Positions 13,567 to 22,720 of a DNA stretch of 64,000 nucleotides are shown here, piece after piece; the first letter of the stretch is position 1; the number at the start of each line of letters is the position of its first letter. The notes beneath the pieces were generated by a model. It was not told the DNA's origin, did not search any database, and saw nothing but the letters and a program-made list of their open reading frames with translations. The DNA lies in the NCBI GenBank assembly GCA_965637545.1, contig OZ281497.1:15252001-15316000 (forward strand), read 5' to 3'. Source of the DNA: Phallusia mammillata (taxonomy: Eukaryota). Made by a program: the position numbers and the translations under genes.

Positions 13567-13796
13567 TGGGTAGATACTTTGACGCCAAAAACTAGCGGCA
13601 CTGGAGTCCGGTTTACTTTAGGTCAAGAAGGTAAAGTCGGGTCAAATGTTTGGAAAATGCTTGTTTTTAACGTTATTTATGATTTCAAACCTTCACCTGA
13701 CCCGAATAGCCCTAACCGCCGGCAACTATTTGACATTTGACCTAAAGTAAACCGGACTCCAGTGCCGCTAGTTTTTGGCGTTAAAGTATCTACCCA
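13567..13796. mobile_element. MITE-like element with 60-bp terminal inverted repeats
   Basis: 13567-13626 (tgggtagatactttgacgcc...actttaggtcaa) is the reverse complement of 13737-13796 with one mismatch. The interior is about 110 bp and non-coding. No clear TSD. Confidence 0.8.
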
Positions 13797-14557
13797 GACT
13801 TTGATGCAGACCAACTTATGTCTGATTATTTCAAGCTGTTAAAGTTTTATTTCTATTGTCCTCATTTTCGAACACGTGAGCGTGAGTACTGAGTACTGAC
13901 TGACTGAGCAGTCGATTTGGGTTTGGGTTGTAAACAAAAAGTTGGTGTGATTTATAGTAAAAATATAAAACACGTTTTCTCCAACCTAGTTGACTGTGTT
14001 GCAAGTGCATAGTGTAACTGTTCTGGTTTAATGGTGTAAACATAAAGATGCATACAAACTAGTATAGTAATTTTGAATTTTTGACCCCCTGTAATAAAAA
14101 TGTTGCGAACAAGTTGTTTGCGAAACGTGGGAAACCGTCACTTAAAGCAAGAAATACAGAATAATATTGATTTTGAATGTGGGTATGCCAGCAATGGTTC
14201 AATATAATACTTAGTTATTATTTTAAACGGTAATAAGGGAACAATGATAATACCTTAGAAGTGGAATAATGGCCCAAATATACTTAAAAAGCAACCAAGT
14301 GCTTAATGGTGACATAGCCTCATATCACAGATGACGGCAAGAGCATTTGCCAAAAGATTTAAGCAATTCAAATTCATTTACATCGTCACTTTATCAAATT
14401 ATCATTGTTGAACAGTTTTGTAAAACAGCAAGGACACTGAAGAAACATTGGTTATCAAGTCATGTGTCCATGTCACTTTTTAAACTTGTTTATGTGTTTG
14501 GTGGTTATATTTCTTATTATATTGGTCCCATTCTAAAAATGTGTAGACTTGTCTAGG

Positions 14558-15268
14558 ATGTTAGTACGATACACTTTGAACTTGCTTCGAATATGCAGTA
14601 GGCAGCATGCCTTAACTCCATGTCAATGCAGAGTCTTTGCTCAACCAAGCAAAGGCTATGCAATTTACCCAACAGATATGGTTGATCCCCAACCTAGTCC
14701 AGAATACTACAAAGAAAATCTCCCTGAAGAAGGTGATGAGTTGTCCATTAAAAAAATCAAGGCAGCATCATCTAGTCAAACTTATTCTACGTTGTATAAT
14801 CCAACAATAGACAAATTTACAAACCTAATTGTAAAAGAGGGCAAAAAGTTTGCAGCAGAACGGATTATGCAAACAACTTTGGCTCATATAAAACTTGTAC
14901 AGTTAAAACAATATCATGCTGCTACTGAAAGTGAAAAAGCTGAAATTGAAGTGAATCCCACCACAGTGTTTTGTGAAGCTTTCAATAATATGAAACCAGT
15001 GGTAAACGTTCGATCAATCAGACATGGAGCAAATGTGTATCAAGTGCCATATTCATTGGAAGAACACCAGCGTTTCTTTGTGGCGGGCAAGTGGTTGTTG
15101 GACCATATACGAAAGGGAAAACCCTCCACCAAAGCAGGTCTGCGAATTGCTAGAGAGATTTTGGCTGCTTATAACAATCAGGGTGAAGTGATGCGAAAAA
15201 AATATGAACTACATAAGTTGGCAGATGCTAACCGTGCATATGCCCATTTCGCCTGGAAACGAAAGTGA
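14558..15268 (+). CDS. MRPS7: Mitochondrial ribosomal protein uS7m, intronless, 236 aa, with a basic N-terminal presequence-like segment
   Basis: Single ORF from ATG 14558 (the ORF-track start at 14549 is TTG). It has uS7 motifs: KFTNLIVKEGKK..AERIMQTTL, MKPVV..RSIRHGANVYQVP, GKWL, AREILAA..NQGEVMRKKYELHKLADANRAYAHFAW. A TAG| acceptor lies 1 nt before the ATG. Confidence 0.95.
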   Translation: MLVRYTLNLLRICSRQHALTPCQCRVFAQPSKGYAIYPTDMVDPQPSPEYYKENLPEEGDELSIKKIKAASSSQTYSTLYNPTIDKFTNLIVKEGKKFAAERIMQTTLAHIKLVQLKQYHAATESEKAEIEVNPTTVFCEAFNNMKPVVNVRSIRHGANVYQVPYSLEEHQRFFVAGKWLLDHIRKGKPSTKAGLRIAREILAAYNNQGEVMRKKYELHKLADANRAYAHFAWKRK

Positions 15269-15603
15269 TGTGGATGACATTTAGCCTTTGGATGGTATTT
15301 ATCCTTTCTATTTCTTTTGTGCTTGTAAAAATTTGCTTTGCTGTGCAGCAAATCAAAATTTGGCATGAACATTTGTTAAAATGTAAACAATGCAATCTCA
15401 GGCATTTGCATTACTGTTTCACTCTCACCTTGTTTTATGAAGTTTTATTGTTGGTTGTAAGTTTATGTGATTGTGCAAAACTTAACAGTAAGTCCTATTG
15501 TTCATCTGTGTTCCAGTCCCAATTTTAATGTTTTTAAGATACTAAATTTTCTCGGTTATAAGTGTATACAATACTTGCATATTTATGCAAAATCCTGATA
15601 AAA

Positions 15604-17635
15604 ATGGTGTTCTATTTGGTTGGACTCGGTCTGGGTGGACCTAAAGATGTGACAGTTAAAGGATTGGAAGTCATAAAATCTGCATCAAGAATATACTTGG
15701 AGGCATATACCTCCATTTTATCATGTGGCAAAGATGAACTGGTGAGTTTTCATGTCATGGTTATTTTTTGTCAAAAACAACTAAAATATTTAAAATGGTT
15801 TAAAATGGGAGCTTTGCAAAGAATAAGATATTGTAACTTTTGGCAGGAAGCGTTTTATGGAAAGCCTGTTACACTGGCAGATAGAGATATGGTGGAACAG
15901 GATTCTGAAACACTTTTGGCAGATGCAAAAGAGCTAGATGTTGCATTTCTGGTTATTGGTGATCCCTTTGGGTAATGTTGGGGTGTGTGGAAATTTGGCA
16001 CCAATTACAAGTTGGCTGTGTTTTTTTTGGTCACAGAAAAGGACAATGTGGATATTTTGTCCTGTTTGTGGTGGTTATGTAATAAATTTTAAACAAACTT
16101 CCTGGCAAAATGAAAAAGACATTGGGATTTTTGTGACTCCTGTTGTTGCAAGGACTTATCAAACCACAAAGGTTGTGATTGCCTTGTGGTTTATCTGTTG
16201 TCAGGATTTTGTGCCTGCGTTAAACTTCAGGCTTATGTTTCACAACTGCAGTAAACTTTACATTATGTGTATGTTTTACAGAGCAACCACCCACAGTGAT
16301 TTAATTCTTCGAGCAGTGGACAAAAATATTCCATACAAGGTTGTTCATAATGCATCAATCATGAATGCCATTGGATGTTGTGGTTTGCAGGCAAGTGTCA
16401 AGTAATTGACTTCATCTACATTAAGCAGACATCATTCCTGATTGTAAACCAATCAATCACTCCTCTCTAATATTATAGGAATAGGGCATCTAGAAAAGGG
16501 CACGGCAGCATTGAGACATTTGGGGTTGTGTAGGTAATAACATAGCTGATCAGGATAAAAAATTCCATAGCAAACAAGGAACATCCTATGAACAGATGCT
16601 AAATTTAGTACCTCATGGGCACATATTTGGGGGTAAAAGGTTAACTAAAAGTTGTGAAATAAAATGCTTTGACAGCAAGACATCAGAACTGTGAGGAAAC
16701 AGCCACTGTTTTTGTTATTTGTGATGAAACAAAGTAGTATTGCTTGACTTAGTATAATTTAGTGCATGAATAATTGTACATAAATTTACACATTTTAAGA
16801 GACACAATTTGACACCTGTGCCTTATATACCCTACTTAGGGAAACACTAAACTGCTTAAATCAAATGGTACATATGTATGCATTTGAAATTCAAACAAAA
16901 GTCAGACCCGAATTTTTTTGATGGGAACGAAAAATCATACCGTTTCGCAGCTTTACAACTTTGGTGAGACTGTTTCCATCGTATTTTGGACAGACACATG
17001 GAAACCAGACAGCTTTTATGACAAAATAGAATCAAATCTTCAAAGAGGTTTGCACACACTTTGTTTGTTGGACATCAAAGTAAAAGAGCAATCAATTGAA
17101 AATTTGATGAGGTACAGTACAACTAGACACAAAAAAAACTTATGTTTAGTTGTCCTAATAGTAAATTACATTTTATAGAGGAAGAAAGGTATATGAACCA
17201 CCAAGATATATGACTGCAAATACTGCTTGTAAACAACTTCTCCAAGTTATAGACAACAAAGCGCTCAACAACATAAAAACTAGTAAGTTGATGAGGTAGC
17301 TTTAATGTGATCTACAAATGAAATGTTTTGGTAATGTTAGCCATTTGTGTTTTGTTTTTAAATATTTTCAATTTTGAAAGGGTTTTGTCAAGATTTTTTA
17401 TTGTTCATCAGCAAACTAAACACAAATGTGTTTAGAGTTGCAACCAGACAGCATGTGTGTTGCTTTGTCAAGAATCGGATGGGACAATCAAAAAATTGTA
17501 GCAAGCAAGCTCAAGGACCTGGTCAATTGCGACATTGGTCCTCCTTTGCATTCATTGGTCATAGCTGGGGAAATGCATCCACTGGAAGAAGACTTTTTAG
17601 CCCAATTTAAACTTGTGGCTGAAAATTCTGAATGA
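15604..17635 (+). CDS. DPH5: Diphthine methyl ester synthase, 278 aa, 6 exons
   Basis: Exons 15604-15741, 15847-15971, 16282-16390, 16951-17111, 17179-17282, 17436-17635. Motifs: [53 protein letters not shown]|[38 protein letters not shown]. Intron 3 starts with GC (16391). Confidence 0.96.
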
Positions 17636-18081
17636 GGCAACAATGTGAATAGCAGTTTCTAAAATCACAGTTGGTGTTAGTACAAAACACTATTGATATC
17701 ACACTGTGGTGAGACTTGTATTGATACTGCCACTTCGTGATTGTTGTTGTTGTGTGTACTGCTACAAAAAAGGTTTCAAAATTGTAACACTCTTGTTAGA
17801 GGTACAGAAAAACACTACTATTTTACTGACCTGGGAATTGTATAGTGAATCGCTGATTTTTTTGTACAATTATGAACACTGAAACGGATTTTATAATTCA
17901 TATGTCAACACTACACTACAAATTTTGATAGGTCTTACTAATGATTCTTTTTAAATTGCTTTGCAAACCTGTTGCAGATTACCTTAACAAAGTTTCCAAT
18001 TTTTTTGTTAACGGTTTTATTGTAAAAATACATTTTATAAAACTTCAAAAAATCAAACAAACAACTTTGACTTATATCGAC

Positions 18082-18927
18082 TCATCGGCGTTTACCCTTG
18101 GGACTAGCTTTGGGTGATCGTGATTTTCCTCTTGGTGATCCACCTTGCTCCAAATGTTGAATCTTATCAGAAATACTTTTATCTGTGTCAGCCAATTGCT
18201 GTTCCACAGCAGCATGCATTTGTTTTAGCTGAGCGGTTACTGCTTTGCGAACAAGAGATTCTAGTTCATCTGTATGTTCAGTTGACTTCACAGCTTGAAC
18301 ATTGGGTGGTGGGGATGGGGTCGTCAAAGCTTCATTGTTTGGGGCAGCCTCTGGAGTTTGTGGAGGACCATCTTGTTGGCCAGATTCAGTAACTTTGTCA
18401 TCCATCTCTGGTGGGGGTGAGGGTGGTAAACCATCATAATGCAAAGTTAAATCCAAACGAACTTTTGCTGTAAAAGCATATTTGTATAGTTTGTAATGCC
18501 GAAAGTAATGGTTAACAATGTAGTTGGTAAGAGCAGTGACTTGTTCGGAGTTGAAAATTTCAAGACTCCAAGGTGGCCTGTGTACAGCATGTGTTAAAAC
18601 CAATTCACGAAAGTAAGTAAAACACTCCTCCACATTTCCAAATGGTGTCGAGACACACACTTCATGAGTTTGTTTTACAATGGAGAAAAATGCAGATGCC
18701 TGTTCATTTGTAAATTTCTGTAAAATAGCAAATCGAATGGCATGTTGGTATAAATCTAAAATGATTTTTCCACGAGGTGACTCTTCAACTGTCAGTATCC
18801 TTTGCAAAAGTTTTCTTGTTTCCATGGTTGTCCCGCATTTCATTATTTGGTCCGTGTTGTGAACGTTTAGATCAGCCCATATGCAAAGTTTGGGTTTAGG
18901 TAATGTCGGTATTTGCAAGGTTGCCAT
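18082..18927 (-). CDS. CFAP119: Cilia- and flagella-associated protein 119 (CCDC189/C16orf93, CLAMP-domain family), intronless, 281 aa
   Basis: Single ORF containing LDLY..AI.F....FT.EQ.S, STPFGNVEECFTYF, H.V.RPPWSLEIF, NHYFRHYKLYKYAFT..VRLDL, which match the CFAP119 core. It ends in a Pro-rich linker, a coiled coil and a basic SP-repeat tail. An acceptor (tttccag, plus coordinates 18960-18959) lies about 30 nt before the ATG. Confidence 0.88.
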   Translation of the reverse strand: MATLQIPTLPKPKLCIWADLNVHNTDQIMKCGTTMETRKLLQRILTVEESPRGKIILDLYQHAIRFAILQKFTNEQASAFFSIVKQTHEVCVSTPFGNVEECFTYFRELVLTHAVHRPPWSLEIFNSEQVTALTNYIVNHYFRHYKLYKYAFTAKVRLDLTLHYDGLPPSPPPEMDDKVTESGQQDGPPQTPEAAPNNEALTTPSPPPNVQAVKSTEHTDELESLVRKAVTAQLKQMHAAVEQQLADTDKSISDKIQHLEQGGSPRGKSRSPKASPKGKRR

Positions 18928-18959
18928 ATTTGTTTTTAACTACTTTCGTGTTTTTAACC

Positions 18960-19600
18960 TGGAAACAAATCAATAAGTTTGTAACTTGAATATCAAACCT
19001 ACACGCCTCACAAACAAAACAAAGTCTCTGACATTTTTCGCGGGTTTAACTTAAACCTTGCCTGAACACAACAACTTGACTATTCGTATATATACGAATT
19101 TATAAACTTAAATAAGTCTTTTCTGAGTCTGACTGCAATAAGTCGCAGGTCTAAGCATTACCAAACTGCCCCAACAATTCACTGCTAAAAACAATCATTT
19201 GAATTAAATTGCTTTAAACACTTCCGGTTGGATGAAATTATAAGCAAAACAAAATTTTCAGTTCGTACAAGTCGAACCATCAAATACAAACCAGTGTCCA
19301 GCTTCCTGTCAAGTTGGCATGGCGACTGCCGCCATTAGGCGTGACGTCACGGGGTTAAAGTTTAAACGTAATAGTTTTATTTCTTGCTAAACAAGCATTT
19401 TTCTTGTTCAAATCAGTTATTTAACAATAAGTTTTCAAGTTGTAACTACAAATTTTTTAACAGGGCATTTAGTAGTTTTTTACATGGTAAAAGATAATGC
19501 GCGGATGAATATCAAGCCTTTCGTCTCGTCGGGCAACAGTTGCCTCGAAACAGAAACGCCATAGCCACGGTATCCTTGGAGACTGTATCAAGGTAACGAT
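18960..19600. promoter_or_regulatory. Putative shared divergent promoter of CFAP119 (-) and RFX (+)
   Basis: Locally CpG-richer segment. It contains an ETS-like cacttccgg (~19220), X-box-like GTTGGCATGGCGAC (19313-19326), the 12-bp CRE palindrome CGTGACGTCACG (19340-19351), and further X-box-like sites at 19539-19551, 19570-19583 and 19585-19597. Confidence 0.6.
19464..19592 (+). other. Candidate non-coding first exon of RFX containing a 26-codon uORF
   Basis: Acceptor ttttttaacag ends at 19463 and donor AAG|GTAACG starts at 19593. The uORF runs from ATG 19484 to TAG 19564. The next RFX acceptor (tttag, 22686) precedes the ATG at 22721. Confidence 0.5.
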
Positions 19601-22600
19601 TTTTTTCAAATTTTTTGCAGTAGTATGTTTTAAATTCTGTGCTTTGCTTTAAAACGATTTTATTTTTATAAAAGTTTTTTATTTCTTTATATTTGTGTGA
19701 TTATCTTACTCTTATTGACGTAATTTAACACAGTATTGACAGTTTACTGGTCGATCAGCATCAGTCTAATTTAAAACAATAACTTGCTGACATATAAACC
19801 TAACCAAAATGTAATGAAACAGATTTAAAAACGATGTTTAGGTAATAGTTATTTTACTGTGATCGTTTCACCAAAATAGTTATAAAGTTTTGCAAATAGC
19901 TGACATTTTGACATCAAATTTTAACTGTAATGGTGCAACTGACTTATGCCCCAATAAAGTAAATTAAACATTATTATGTGTTCAGAGCAAAACGAAATAC
20001 TTTATTTAACACATATTAGTTTTTACTGGGCCGCTGAATCACATTATGGGATCAGTAATTAGCACTGTGAGCAACAAAATTAGGCTTTTGAGTTACATGC
20101 AGTATTTTGGCATAGTCCCATCACCATGACTTACCCAATTAGGATTATAATTCACAACCCTGAAAATATGTATTTTTGACTAATCTGATATTTATGTTTT
20201 GTACGATTTGATGTGCTCATACCCACTTGTACAAAGACAATTTCCCGAAGTATGGTTTTTCTGAACAATTCTGTTTTTAAGCATTTGTTATATATCTAGT
20301 AGCGTGATAAATGTTTCCTGATTGCTTGGTAGGTCAAGTAGTAAAAATGTATGCCAGGATGCTTTTGCAATCCAAAAAACATGCACTAGTTTGAAGGCAT
20401 CAAACCTTTTTTGACTGCAGGGTCCTGCTTAATCTGCAAATGATGAAATAGATTGTCATCCGGAAACTGCATTTATGTTTTATAAATTAATGCAAAAAAT
20501 GAACCAATCTCTTTCACTTTAAACCAAAATTCCACTTTAAATATGTGTTCTAGCCCCTTAATGATAAAATAATCAGTTAAAACTTTGTGAATCATGATTT
20601 GTGGAGAAGATAGTATTTGCGGTGACAATAGGTAAAATTCACAAGATTAAATATTTGTATAGAATCTTGAAAGTGAGCTTTACCATGTTTTTCAGAAATC
20701 AGAAAAAAATTAAGGACATTTGTGCAATTATATATTGCAAAAAGTATAGTGGGATATAAGGTTACTACATTTACACATTTTCCATCATTTTCAAAGCCTG
20801 ACAGTTGCACTAAATAGTTTTAAAATTTTACAATAGTAATAACAAGTTTGATTTAGTGTAATTTATTGTAAACCATACACTATGCAGCAGTTGGTCATTA
20901 CTAATTTGTGGAACAAAATTACAAGCAGCAATAAGGAAACTCACTAACAAAATCAATACACATTCCAATACTGGAAGTAGAGGCTTCTTATATTTTTTGA
21001 ATACAATTTAAGTTACTATTAAGGGTACATAGTCAAAAGTAATAAGTTTACTCTCCTACTTCTGGTGATATTAGGATGCTGCCTCTAAAACAGAGGGTTT
21101 TTTCACTACAAATCTTGACCCCTAAAAGTGACTCAGTACAATTTTAACTCGGCAATCATGATTACTAATGTTTAATTCTATTGCATGTGTTTTTTTTCCT
21201 TTTGTGTTTTCAGCATGATGTGTTTCATAGGTTTGGATAAAGATTTTACAAGTTGTAGATACTAGATAGTCATGTCATATATTTCATGTAACTCCACAGT
21301 CTTAGTGGGTACCATGGTATAACAACAATACATTTTCAAAAAGACATGCAGCACAAATCAAAAGTTCTGTCTGCATGGTAGTTTATGCATACATATGTAC
21401 AGGCTTTGTTTGTAAACTACCTCTCTCATTTGAGTGAAAAATTTCAGAATAGGCTAAAACTTTTAAGGTTGGGTTGTTGTGACTTTAAGTTTTCTCATCA
21501 AAGCCAACACATTTATCGAACCACATAAAATTTCAAAAACTTTGTCCAAATTCGATAGAGTCTGCCCAGACTCTAACATATGCCACTACTATATGTCAAT
21601 TATAATGTTTGGCATGATATTGCTGCCAGTTTAACCTTCAACAAGCATCGAGTTTTTGAATAATGTGTTAACTATGTGCAACTTTTACAAATTTTTAATC
21701 ATGGCATACTTCACTTTGCAATCTCATTTAGGCCGAATGGCGATCTTTTTGACATAAAAATACATACTGTGAAAATGTTACCAAGTAAAAGGAATTTATC
21801 CATTCTCAGAAAAATGTTGATTGCATCCAATGGTCCAACAAAATTCATATGACAAAAATCAGTGTTTTATGCAATCACGTTTATAAACGGGCGTGAATTA
21901 TGTAGCCTCGTATAACTGCCGAAACGTGTAAATAATAAAGCATGTTGCTTTTTTCGTGTATTTGGGTCGTTATATTCCTCATTAAACTTATGAACCGATC
22001 CGACTATAGTTTTCAAAAAACGTTATTTTCACTTAACAATAGCCATTTCGAATAAATCCTCAAAAAAGCTTGGTAGGCAAGCTCTTTACTGAAATGTTTT
22101 CGCGGGTCATTTCTTTTGTATGCAAGAGTCAGTTTTGGTCATGTGAAAAAGTAAGAATGTTGTTTTCCAATCCTTGATTCGATTACTGTGAAAGTCAACT
22201 TCCCTGCGAAAACAGGATGTACAGTGTAGGAGGATTATTCTCACGGAGGGCCTTAGCGACATTCTAAATTAGGCAAACTAGCGGACAATTATTACACGAT
22301 AATTGTTTTCACAATATCATAGATGGCTATTGTTTCGATTTACGTTCGCTGAGTCGAAAAACTAAGACAGTGACACACGCTATGATCGCTGCGATAAATT
22401 AGGCTTCGGTTCCGGACGCTGCTTTACTTGGACGTTCTAGCGAAATCGCTCTAATGCCTATGAAAGCCCGCATGGGGTTTAATATCCTGTTAATGCGATT
22501 AATCAGATAACTGCTGCGCACAGAATCACTCAAGTGTGGGGATGATTTACACCAGGTGCGAAAAATATTTCGTTTTTGTTTTGTATTAAGTATGAGTGAC

Positions 22601-22720
22601 CAGTCTGTTTTTCTTTCCTAAACATGAAATATTCACTGTTTACTGTCATTTTCTTTTGATGTTAAAGATAATGTTTTAAATGTTTAGGCTTTTATCAAGC
22701 GTCTTGGAAATCCACAAGAC

